A DNA stretch of 64,000 bases from Vermamoeba vermiformis (lineage: Eukaryota): NCBI GenBank assembly GCA_045837725.1, contig JBEWZL010000095.1:62001-126000 (forward strand). Reading direction: 5' to 3'. A program made the position numbers and the translations under genes. A model generated the notes under the pieces. It ran no database searches, had not been told where the DNA came from, and was given only the letters and a program-made list of their open reading frames with translations. Shown in pieces: positions 25,256 to 37,341 of this stretch (position 1 is the first letter of the stretch; every line of letters begins with the position of its first letter).

Positions 25256-25552
25256 CTAGCAACGACTAGTGAGGACATTATTGATTCTTCTTAAGTCCTT
25301 ACCTGATAAATATATGTGCACCACATCACCATTATGCAGCTGACTTTTAATCGTTGGAAGATCAAGCACGTTCGCAACTCGATTGGTGCGGAGGACCTTG
25401 ACATCGCCAATAATGTCAAACTCCTCTTTCAAAGTGCTGCAAAACTCGCGCGTGGTCATATTCGAGTCAATACGGAGCACCTTGTGCCACTCCTTGTATT
25501 TAGCCGTGATCTGGACCTGATTCAAAACTTCAATATGGTCATCGTGCTCCAT
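25256..25552 (-). CDS. Small hypothetical protein, possibly beta-grasp (Ubl/PB1-like) fold; 3' end uncertain
   Basis: ATG-initiated 98-aa ORF with a beta-beta-alpha pattern (VQITAKY..KVLRIDSNMTTREFCSTLKEEF) and ending LHNGDVVHI. A possible donor gtaagg follows YLS. Confidence 0.4.
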   Translation of the reverse strand: MEHDDHIEVLNQVQITAKYKEWHKVLRIDSNMTTREFCSTLKEEFDIIGDVKVLRTNRVANVLDLPTIKSQLHNGDVVHIYLSGKDLRRINNVLTSRC

Positions 25553-25833
25553 TGTTGCTCTTGTTACAATTTAATTAAATTAAAACAATTCATGCACGAC
25601 AAATAAATGATTCGCTCCCAAATTTGGTCCTCGCAAAAAAACACTAAAATTTCCGCTTTCTTGAAGCACGTGATTTTGCTGCGTACTCGTTCATTTGGGG
25701 AGAATTATCCACGGTAATGTTTCGAAATTGACGTCGATTCAGCTAATTCGAGCGATAAAGCTAGTTTAATCGCTTCTTAAATTATTAAAAGAGCCACGCT
25801 TTTATAAGTCCTCCAATCAACTACATACAGCTA

Positions 25834-27243
25834 CTACAAACTAGTTGAACGTTTTCTTCTTCGAAAGATACCCTTTGGCTTGTTCTTTGCGAAGTGCCAT
25901 GTAAATTCAACTGGTGGTTCGACGACGGGTGTAACCAGGGTACTCGGAGCTTTGTATTGCTGTTCTCGCGTTCTTTTCTGACCAACAGTTGCCATCGCCA
26001 AATTGTACTTGTCGGCTTCTTGCTGCAAATAACCTGGCAGTCGCGACACGAACACGCAGTAGCGATACCAATCTGAGTCTTCTATGATATTGAATTGACC
26101 TATCAATTGTTTCTGGAGCGTTCTCTCCTGCGTACTCCACATCCACGTGACATTCACTCGCGGTCCTTCATTGTTGATAGCCAATACATTGTGCTCGATG
26201 CTCGGATACTTGTTCATCGCGTAAGTTAAAGCGCATGCACCAGAAAGCTCTAGCCTTGGGGAAATTCCATTTTCATGAACTACGTCCACGGGGTAATAGT
26301 CGCACAATATTGGAGTGATGTTCGGATTGCCCTGCTTTACGAATGATAGTGTCCTTCCGGACCCACTTAAAGCGTGCGGAGCTGAGGCGAAAGTCTTCAA
26401 CCCACTCAGAATAGATCTTGGTCTCTGACAATAGGTCGCACTCCGATCCAAAATTGGGGCGCATAAACTTACTGGGATAAGTTAGTATAAATAGGTTATG
26501 ACAAATAACTTACTCTGAAACCAAGTCAAACTCCTCATCCATGTTATGCACTAGCAACATATTTTTGAATATTGGCAAATAGAGATATGCCTGAACTATG
26601 GATGAGGACGCTCTATCAATTAATAGTACGTACACTCCAACGGTAGCCACTGCCGGAGAGCAAAGAGTTTGCCATAGTCGCGTCAAAGCGAGACACTTGA
26701 GACCAGTACATCATCTTTGGACCTCCAAGTTCACGATCGCTTTCAAAGTAAGGACTCTATTCTTCATTAATACAGTATTACTAGTCCATCTAATACTCAC
26801 CAGAACCTCTTCAACATCAACTGGCCAGCGAAACACTCTGCCTAACCGATCTCTTAGCCCCTCTGGAAAGCAGAAGCCAGGCAGTTGCTCGTTGAACACA
26901 GTACCTGCTCCTATGCTCGAAGGTATATCTCTTAATGTAGCAGACATGCAAAATAGATTTCGTGTAGCAGTGGAGGAGTTCGTTACAAATGCGGATCCTC
27001 TGAAAAAATAATTATTAGCCTTCGCCAATTTCCTTTTGTTCGATTTACTTACAAGGCGCTCTCTTTAGGCGCAAAATAAACTTTTTCCGGGCTAGCGAAT
27101 GAATTTCTAGGTGCAAATGGCTCCGCTGACAGATCAACGTTATTTAAATTTGTTTTGTTAAAACTCGTGCACATACAATCATAATACGGCGCCTGAGCCT
27201 GACCGGAATAGTTCATATAAATAGGTGGCAGCATGGAGTTCAT
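25834..27243 (-). CDS. Hypothetical multi-exon protein with basic C-terminus
   Basis: ORF pieces 27049-27243, 26711-27028, 26273-26464 and 25834-26451 appear to be linked by GT-AG introns (only some junctions phase-checked). Ends KPKGIFRRRKRSTSL. No family recognised. Confidence 0.55.
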
Positions 27244-27386
27244 TTTGTGTTTGTGTTGCTCTGTTTGAAGTTTGTTATGAATGACAAAAAACGACTTTGC
27301 AGCTACACCTACTTAATCCAATAAGCTTAATTTATTAACAATGATTACAATATAAATATATCAGCGTCAATGTTATTAATACTCCC

Positions 27387-28829
27387 TTAATTCTTGACGA
27401 TTTCAATGGCAATTTTTCCTCGGGTATGACCTAAAAACTTTAGAATCTGTTTCTCAACCGTATAATACTTTAAATACATACCAGTGTTCACTTGATCTAC
27501 AGCATGGCGCACATTTTCCATGGGCACAACCTCTTGGACAATTGGCTTAAGTTTGCCCTCATCTACTAGGCGGCTAATAGTCTCCAAGTCCTTGCCGCTG
27601 CCAGTAGTCATCATGATGTGGAAATGAATGTCTTGCACCACGAGCAGCTTGCCCTTGGTGTAAGTGGTGGCCAAGAGACCCTTGCCAAGTGAGCCAGGTT
27701 GAATAGTGATGAAGTGACCGTCCTTCTTAATCACAGTGTATGCTTTGTTCCACTCCTCGCGCTTGCCAACACAATCGTAGATAATATCGACCGGATCGTT
27801 CTTCAAGACCTGACACGCAGATTAGCTCCGTATCACTCGGCATCCATTGTCTTACCTCAGCAAAGTCCTCAGTCGTGTAGTCAATCGCACGATCAACACC
27901 GAGCTCTTGTTCTAAGAACTCTTTGTTCTTTGAGGAGCACGTGGCGTACACCTTGGATGCGCCAATAGCCCTACGCGTTAAGTGTTAATGCTGGTCCAAC
28001 TACTGTTAGATTAGCACTTACTTGGCGATCTGAATAGCCATAGTGCCAGTACCACCTGCACCACCGATCACCAACACGCTGTGACCATAGTGGAACTTGC
28101 ATTTGTACACGAGAGCTTGGAACGAAGTCAAAGCAACCATGGGCAATGTAGCAGCTTGAGTGTGCGCTATAATACTATATTAGGGAAATGTATTATTGCG
28201 ACGGTCACTTACTGATCGTCTTAGGTTTCAAGCAAAGCTCGCGCTCTTTGAGAATGGCAAACTCAGCCCAAGTACCAATGCGACGGGGACTAGCCATGCC
28301 AAAGACCTCATCGCCAGGCTTGAACTTGGTCACACCTGAGCCAACTTTTTCGACGACACCGCTCACCTACGTACCGGTCAGACTTGAAACGAAAAAGTAT
28401 GACCGAAGATCTTACATCGAAACCGCATCTTGCAGGAAGCTTTCTCCATAATACGTAAGAATATAAGCCTATATTGTATTTAATAAAGGTAGCCGGTTGT
28501 ATTAGAAGTGAAACGAACCTTCAATCATTTTCACGTCGACCGGATTCACTGAACTAGCGTGAACTCGCACCAAAATTTCCTCGCTGGCTAAAATAGAAAT
28601 ATTTAGTATTTTTGTAGATTTATGTACGTTAATCTTCTGCCACTTCGGAAAATTGAAAATTTCAGAATATTTTTTAATTTACCAACCGAAGTTATTGCTA
28701 AAACTAAATAAGATGCAAGATTTTATTTCAACAATAATTACCTAATTTTGCTGGAACTGGCACACTTTGAATATCTAATTGATCAGAAGATCCAAACTTT
28801 TTCACTACCACTGCATTCATAGCCTCCAT
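27387..28829 (-). CDS. MDR-family NADPH:quinone oxidoreductase (RTN4IP1/AST1-like)
   Basis: Motifs VRVHASSVNPVDVK, GVVEKVGSGVTKFKPGDEVFG, VLVIGGAGGTGTMAIQIAK, IDYT, GKLKP and GHTRGKIAI. Confidence 0.9.
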
Positions 28830-29018
28830 ATTGCTTGTGTTAACAATAAAAAATCAACGGTGTGATATCACGTAACAAGGGTAGTGTTATTAATTGTAAA
28901 GAGAATTGAAAAATGAAATTTTGCTTTCGAAAGCAAAACCGACAAATCGCGACGCCACTATTAATGTACAGATTTCGTTTACTATTTTACAATTTGTATT
29001 ATATGTACGATTATATGG

Positions 29019-32000
29019 TTACGGCGCGGCGATGTCCAGCGTGTCATTCTCGTTCTTCAGTTGTGCTGCAGAGGCCTCACTGTTCGACGCACTGTCCCCC
29101 TTGGGTGCCGTGCTCTTGTCGTCACTCAATGCACTGGCAATGCTGTTGGACATTGAGCTAGCTGGACTCACGTCTAGGCGTTTTTCGGTTTTCTTCTTGG
29201 CTTGGTCCTCGTCGTCCTCAGCCACGAGATCCATCTTTCGTGGACTGTTGACAATGACTATGTTGTTCAGTGAACGTGACCGTGACTTGCTCCTGAACCT
29301 GTCGCGGAAGTATTCTGTCGGTGGACCAAGGAAGTCTTTCTTTGCATTGTCAGCTTGGCTCTTCTCTTCATTTTGGCTCTTGTCCAAGTCACTCTGTTCT
29401 TTGACTTCACCTGTCTTGCTTTCTGACTCGTCACCAACCTTCATCTGGACTTTCGGGGGCGGTGTCGGTGCCTTCTTCTTCTTTTTGCTGTCACTGCTAG
29501 ATGATCCACTGCGCTTCCTACGAGCAGGTTTGGGAGGCAGTTCAGGCTTGTCTGCGTTGCGCAACTCATCAAGCGTGTCTTTGCTCAAGGTGGCCGATGA
29601 AATTGTGTTGAACTTGAATGACTCCTCATCGCGATGACTTGACAGCTTGCGCGAGCGCGGAGAATCAAATAACGTTGACGCAAATGACTGAGGTGACGCT
29701 TTAGCAAAGGCCAAGGACCGCGGCGAAATGAAGGTCATCAATTCTTTGGTCGGTTGATCAACGTTTGACTCGATCTTCGAGGAGCCAGTCATTTCGGTTG
29801 ACGTTCGCTTCAACTTGCCGGTCTTTGACCCGCGTCTAGACCTGGACTCAGATTTGTCTTTCTGTGGCTCATCGAATATTTTCTGCAGAGTTTGTGGTGC
29901 TGAATTGGCGAGGTTGACGGACATTGGTCGTGCTTTTGCACTTGGCATGGCAGGTCCAGTAGAGACCAACCGACTTCTCTTCTCTTTCACGGGCGAGGTG
30001 TGCTCGTCATATTTGCTAGCCACTTCGTTAATCTTCTCGATGATGTTGGTGGAAACATCATCTGAGTTGTCTCCTCGCAGCGCTGGCACGTGCTTCTTCA
30101 AGGTCTGTTGTACAATTGCGTCGAATTGACGAGGTTTGAAATCAATATTTAGCTGTTGCGCAAACTCTCCAGCGGTGTTCTCGAGCTCCTTGATGCGGTT
30201 GTGCATTTGTACGAGACAGTGGACCAGCATCTCGTTCTCGGTAGCTGCTGTAACACCAAGTTGACGTAGTTCGTGGATAGCTGCAAATCGTGTTAGCGCG
30301 CTATAGTAGATACCCTCTTCACGGTAACTTACTTTCCAACATATCTTGCGGCTCCAATTTTTTCTTTTTACTTGAGCCCGTTGAGTCCTTCCTCTTCGGC
30401 GCTGCTTCTTCAAAGCCTTCCTTATCGCCCGTGGAGTCAATGCGCTCGAGTTTAGACTCATCTCTGTCCATTAACTGTTTCATCTTCTTGCGGAAATCTT
30501 TGAAGTTTCTCATCGAAGCACGCGCAGTCTTCAAATTACCAGTACTACTCGCTCGCATCTCATCGCTCTCTTCTTCCGACAAATTACTTCTAGCACTACG
30601 CATGGAAGCAGGACTCTCTTTTACATTCGATGAGGAATGTTTGTAATCCGTGTAGAGCTTTTTTGCGATCAAGGAAAATTTGGAAGTCCAAGTCTGTTTG
30701 TCATCACGAGTCAGCGCGTAAAACTTCGGTTTGTGTTCGACAACGCGACCATCTGATTTCTTCTTCTCGTAGATGAGTTGAAAGCTGTTCTCCTCGGGGA
30801 TGTTAGCGCCCTCGGCGAGCACTAATAGCTTTCGGCCAGCTTCAAAATTGACTCGTTTCTAAAAAATAAGTTAAAATTTTAATAATTAGTAATGAATTAT
30901 ACGTACCTGAATCGTATAAAATGGCTCTGTAAACTCTGCATCAGTCTTGGGTCTGTTGATGAAATAGCACAGCAACAAGAAGTCGCTGAACAAGATGCCC
31001 CAAGGTTTGACGCCCTTTTTAGATTTGCCGTAATAGTCTGTGACTAATGAGCCTTGGTGAATCAAATCGCGGTCTTTTTGCACGAGCCCGAGCTGTTCGC
31101 CGCCAATAATCTTCTTTTGAATGTCGCTCAACCGGTGCACATTTTGAACAGATCGAGTACGTTCGTTGACTATCTCGACAATCTCTTTCATCATTCCGAG
31201 GGCCTTTGTAATATTCTCGTTGTCTGGATCCTCTTTAGGAGTTCTTTTTAATAATTCGCCGAGCAGTAGTGGGTACTTGGTAATCCGTTGCTAATATTGG
31301 CAATCGTTAATAATAGTTGCCAAAAATTATTCCGCGGTTATAATATCCTTACCATAGGTGCCATTATAAAACTATCTAAGCCTAGCTGTCTACACCGCGG
31401 GTGATCGAAACACTTCTCTAGAAACTGGTCGAACTCTTTGTACTTAGTTGAAAATTCTTTTAATCGCACGTTGGCCATTGATTGAGTGCTGCAATAGATT
31501 CCATATAGCTTCAATGTATCTGCTTTTTCTACGAATACTCTTCCATAATTTCCATCGCTCGTTTTCAATCCCTGCAATAATCCGCATTTTAAATATTTTT
31601 AAATTGGATTAATACGCGTGGCACATACCTCATAAAGCTTTTCATTTACAGCCAACAATGCTAAAAATAATCGTTAGTCGCCAATTACAATCGTCGGTGC
31701 ATACGTGTCAGTGTGCGCAGTTATTCAATAAATCGAACAAAAAATTAAACCAGGTAAATTGTGATTCATGCTTATATCTTAATTAATCGCTTACATTCTA
31801 CGTTGGAAAATAGTCGAGTAACTTCTTGAGTTGAGAGTAACTTCTTCTCTAGGATCGGCGTTTTGAACACCTATTTTTATAATTAGAGAGCGAAATCAGA
31901 CATAAAAATAACGATTAAAATAAACTTTATCACGCTTAGGACGTATAATTTGCTAATAATTTGATTTATCGATGGATGTATACGTAGGGCACGATGTTAT

Positions 32001-32315
32001 CTCGCTATTATCTCGCGCCGAGTTTACCGTGTGAATAAAATTAAAAAGCAAAGCAAAGTAATATCTAATACATGCATGATTAGAATAATTTGGTGCCACA
32101 AACTTTATGCTGAAAAAAATACGCAGTATTATAAAAATTGGTCGTGTACCATCCGGAATTTAAAAATTCATTACTAATTCATGCTATATTACCTCTATTA
32201 GAATTTTGAGATCTTCAAGATAATGTTCCTCCGTAATTAGTATCTCTTGTAAGATCTGTTTTTGTTGATCAGTCTTTGGAGATTGAGCAGCTGCCGCTGT
32301 TTCGTCTTGGCTCAT
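29019..32315 (-). CDS. DH-PH RhoGEF with long low-complexity C-terminus
   Basis: DH motifs EILITEEHYLEDLKIL, LFSN, YGIYC and LDSFIMAPM|QRITKYPLLLGELLKRTP. PH motifs LIHQGSL, ILFSDFLLLC and DKQTW. Confidence 0.9.
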
Positions 32316-32587
32316 TGTTGTTTGTCAATTTGCGTTTTCTGTCATATCTCATCGGCCTTTGTTGTATCGTCGCGGTCTATACTTACTCGAATAGTGGCAA
32401 ACTCAACGGCCAGCCGTTTCGCCCAGGTCATATCGCCAAAAAAATTGGCGAGACAAAAACACAGGCTGGTTCCGCGCAGTTTCTCTTTGCACAATAAGCT
32501 CTTTTGTGATTAAAACACACGATCGTAATAGGAGGATCATCCCTACAAAGAAGAATTACAAATAGGAATTTTCAAGCTGAAGACTAG

Positions 32588-35500
32588 ATGGGAATCAAAG
32601 GCTTTACCACGTACGTTGTAGCTCCGTGAAGTGCATCAAATATCATTGTTTTCCTACAAATATTACTTAAACAATCGAGCAGTGCCCGCTGTTATGAAAA
32701 TTTTCGAAATTGCCTCGATCAACTCGAAATAATGTTCAAAACCGACCTATCCGACCAATAATTCCTAAAAAATAGGAATATAATTAGATTAGTATTTTAC
32801 AAAATATCTAATACTTACTATCTCTCCAGATGGTTTCTCAAGAATTTCCCTTTCGTTGCCTCAATTATCCAACGCAATGCCAACAAAACACGATTTTTTG
32901 ACCACATTTACATCGATCTGAATCAATTGATTCATCTTTGTGCTCGTAGAGCTAAAAACGAGGAGCATCTATTTCTGAAAGTGTTCAAGGAGCTGGATCG
33001 CTTATTTCGCTTATGTTGCCCTCGAAAAAGTGTCTACTTGGTGTTAGACGGTCCAGGTAATCCTTTGATTATTGCAACAGCTTTTTCAAAAGATTTTGTG
33101 ACAAAGATTCGATTCGCGTGTCGTTTATGTTATTAACGAACCCTTCCACCAGCGTCAAAGGCTAAATTGTTGGAGCAAAGAAAACGAAGAAAAAAGGCAG
33201 CAGTACGTAATCTGTCCGTAATAACATAACAGGTTTAATTAAACAAATTTCCAGAGCAAGCCAAGCAAAGGCAAACAATCCTTCGATGCCTTGCAAATCA
33301 CACCGGGCACGTATTTCATGCACCGATTGAAGAATAGCTTGTGCTATTACGTGTGCAACCGACTGCAGAAGAGCAGAAGATTTGAACGCGTTAAGTTCTA
33401 CGTCTCGGGCAGTGATGTCGCAGGCGAAGGAGAAATCAAAATCGTGAATTACATTAAGAACAAGCCAGCTTATCACCGCTCTGAGGACTCGTATTTGATT
33501 GTCGGAACTGACGCCGATCTTATTTTGCTAGGTAAGCCATTGTCGTTTGTCCCCGAAAGAGTTCATCACTAATATCACAATAGGCTTGTGCGTTGATGAA
33601 CGCAATGTGTTTGTGATGGCTGAACGAGTGCACGAGTACTTCTTGCTGAGCGTGTCGCGATTGCGCCGTTACTTTGAAAACTCGCTCAGCACAAAACCTC
33701 GTGATGAGAACACAATCAATACAACGGGCTCATCGCACTTGGACTTTGTTTTGCTCTCGTTTATGATGGGCAATGACTACTTGCCCAAATTCAAAGGCGC
33801 ATCATTGCCTAAGTTGTGGCCCAGATACATTACGCTGAAGCGCGGTGAATTCGCTGATGCATTTTTGTACAACCCATCGGCCGAGACATTCAACATTCCC
33901 TTCTTACAAGCCCTCATGACACGTCCTCGCCGCGACAAAAAAGACGATCAGAATGCCACTGAACAAAAGACTGATGGCGCAGTGTCAGCCGAGCCTGCCA
34001 ATAACGGTGCCAATAACAACAATGTCAATGCGAACAACGCTGACGACCTTGATGCCACTGCCGATGATAACGTCAATGAAGATGAAGGCGACGAGGAGAA
34101 GCAAGGTGATGTGCCTGAAATGACAGCCAAAGATGAAGCTGAAGTCCGTCAATGGATCGAAACTCATGGCGTTCAAATGACCGATGATATTCTCGAAGCT
34201 GAGGTATGAATAATTTGATTCCATTTGTCGTTACGCTAACCTACTCTACTAGCTGGACTCTGATAACGATGATATTGTTGAGTCTTCGTCGTCTGACGAG
34301 GTGTTCGATGAAGAATTCGACGATGGTGAGTATTCGAAATAGCGCTTAACCACGCTAACCGTCATTACAGAAGTGGTTGTCTATGGCTCTAATTGGCAAT
34401 TCCAAAAGAGTGAACCACGACCAAGAAGAGAACCACTCAGTCGCGAAGAGCGCGATGAACAAGCTCTCCTGATGGTGCAAAAATATCTTGAAGGTCTTTT
34501 GTGGTGTCTATACACTTATACTAAGTACGTTCTTATACTAATAATGAGCCACGATTAACATCTCACAGGGGAGCGTGCGCTGACTACGACTGGCACTTTG
34601 AGTACCCCTTTGCACCGGGCGTGAGAGACTTGAACTACTTCGTGTACTCGGCTACTCAATCACGTATGCAGCTGTTAATTGCAGTCAAGTTAGTGTCTAA
34701 CTTCTTGCACAGCCAATTTAACGAAGAACATAAGAACGCCACACATCTCACGTGACAAAGGACCATTGCCTCCTTACAAATTCTCGTTGAGTGTGTTGCC
34801 TTATAATGCTAGTCCTTATTTGCCTGCACCTATCAGACGTAAGTATCGTAACCCAACGATTCGTTGTTCTAACTATCTACAGCCTTGATGGAACCAAACG
34901 GTGCACTCGGAGAACTATTCCACCTCGATCAAAAATTTGTTGATACCGAGAAAATTGACGCTGAGGTGTCAAAGATTCCCTTAGATCAATTCAGTGCTGA
35001 GGAGCTCAAATTCATCAACTTCTCACACGTCTCGCGATTCGAAAACCAATTCGGACCCAAAGGCCAGCATAACAGCAAGAGAAAGTTCAACTTCCGAGAC
35101 TTTGACACGGTGCCATTCCCGCCCTCGCCAAAACTCAACCCAATTGAGCCATACACCCGCTTGACGTAAGACTTTATTATCCTCAACATAATCTTGCCCC
35201 TAACTAACTCGCACATTAGATGCACGGAGGTTGATAACACATTGAAACCAGTGGTGCATAATAACACTCAACGACCTCCCAATCAACCCAGTCCACGCAA
35301 CAACAGACGAGGCGGACAAGGTGGACAGTATGTGCCGAAACAGCAGGCAGCGCAGACCAACAACGCAGCACCTCAGCCCGTACAATCATCGAACACGAAC
35401 AATAACTCGAGTGCTCGTGGTCGCAACAACAACAACAGATACACGCGCAAACAAGCACAGCCGCATAACAACAACACCAACAATAGTGCTGCTAATCAAC

Positions 35501-35891
35501 AGCCCTCGATCTCTATCCGTACATCAGAGACTATTATGCAAGTTCCTGTTAACCCAGCCAATGACTATGGTTACACGCCTTATGTACGAGTAAGTTGTGC
35601 CGCACTCCATTCTCCGCATGTTCTGACCAAACTTCGCAGCCACCAAACACTATTGCCGTCAATCCTGTAGAGGCCTTCATCGCTCAACAGCAATTCTTGA
35701 TGGCCAATAACTTGCCACCCGTGCCCTGGACCAGCCAACCGATCTATCCCATGAATTACAACACGATGGTTTCGCCTCAAGAGCAGTACTACAACAATTT
35801 GATGGCGCAATATCAAAACGCATTTTTCAATAATTTGATGCGTGATCTAAATAATAGCCAGTCTCAAGAACAATCACAGCCACCTAAATAA
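32588..35891 (+). CDS. XRN-family 5'-3' exoribonuclease with Q/N-rich tail
   Basis: Motifs MGIKGF, FDHIYIDLNQLIH, VLDG, AKLLEQRKRR, ITPGT, GEGE, GTDADLILL, GNDYLP and YLEGLLW. Confidence 0.9.
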
Positions 35892-36169
35892 TAATTTGAG
35901 ACGAAGCTTTGCGTAAATAAAGATCGGATTTCGTCGTTCCGAGCTTCAATAAGCCACTGAAAGCGAGCTTGTTACTTTGTAGAGGACGTTTCAAAATCTT
36001 GACACACCGATTGGTATGTTTCCTTGTGTTGCAGGTGTCCGTTAGCCTAACCAATCGTGTTTTCAATTGGCCGATAATCTCGCCCAGAAAATCTCGCGGT
36101 TTGGAGCTCCACAGCGAAAGTTTTCAATTTCTGTTTAGAACAGCTTTTAGCCACAAAACAACACACAAG

Positions 36170-37172
36170 ATGTCTAAGCACGAGAAGGATGATCATCACT
36201 CCGACGAGGAGAAGGATAACTACAAGGTCCCCACCAAGGTTGGTTTGAAGGATATGGTCGGTTTGGACAAGGAAGACAAATCTTTGGAGAACTACAAGAA
36301 GCAACTTCTCGGTGCTGCCATGAGCGAGGTCTATGCTCGTAAGTAGCAAATTCCGCTTCGTTTTGTTTCTAGAAGACCCATCGAGCTTCCGCGACCATTG
36401 AATATTTTTTAAATTAATTTAACTCTAATAATACTCACGCCTTTTAATTACAGCTAAGGATGATCCTAGACGTGTGGTCATTATGGAAATGAGAGTTATC
36501 TTGGAAGAGAAGCCTGGACAGGATATTGTCTTCGCCAATCTGGATAACCCCGCTGTTCTTGCCAAGCTCAAGGATACTCCCTTCACTCTTAAGGAAGGAT
36601 GCAAATACAAAATTAAGCTCACTTTCCGCGTCCAACACGATATTGTTACCGGTCTTAAGTACGGCAACTACATTTACAAGATCGGCATTAGAGGTAAGAA
36701 ATTTGAGCAATTTGACATTCATTTTGCATGCCCAGTAATAGGATATTATTTTTACATTCAGAATAATTTTTTTAAATTGTTGGTAAAGAAGATTTTTTGT
36801 TCAATTTTAAAATCTGAATGCGAAATTTTCGTGGCTTATTTTTAGAAGCAGTTCAAAAATTAACTTATTTTTCGTAGTTGCCAAGGAAGAAACCATGATT
36901 GGTAGCTATCCTCCTCAAAAGACTCCTCACGAGGTCACCTTCCCCAGAATCGGTTGGGAGGAGTGCCCTTCTGGTACCATTCAACGTGGTGACTACAAGG
37001 CCAAGAGCAAGGTAAATAATCACGTTATATTATATTATTTTGGCCTATTTTTAGAGATTTTTGATTGTTCTAGCGCTCTAATCCGTTTTTCTTTTAGTTC
37101 ATTGACGACGACGGTCAAAACCATCTTGAATACGATTACTCCTTCAAGATCAAGAAGGATTGGGCCGAATAA
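36170..37172 (+). CDS. Rho GDP-dissociation inhibitor (RhoGDI)
   Basis: Motifs LDKEDKSLENYKKQLLG, FTLKEGCKYKI, GLKY, MIGSYPP, RGDYKAKSKFIDDD and IKKDW; 4 exons. Confidence 0.95.
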
Positions 37173-37341
37173 GTGCGTAGATGCTTAATCAATCCCTATT
37201 GTAAAACTCATTTATCACGCGTTGCAAACTCGCTTTGCACGTTCAATCTGTTATTATAATAAATAGTAAATTAAAAAGTAATAAGTACTATATGATGATA
37301 TGTTTGCTAATAACGCGCAAAAGTATACTTTATTTACAAGG

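Noticed and set aside
22804-37172. RhoGAP, RhoGEF and RhoGDI within about 15 kb as a functional cluster
   Set aside because: GAP and GEF families are large in amoeboid protists and unrelated genes intervene, so chance proximity is likely.
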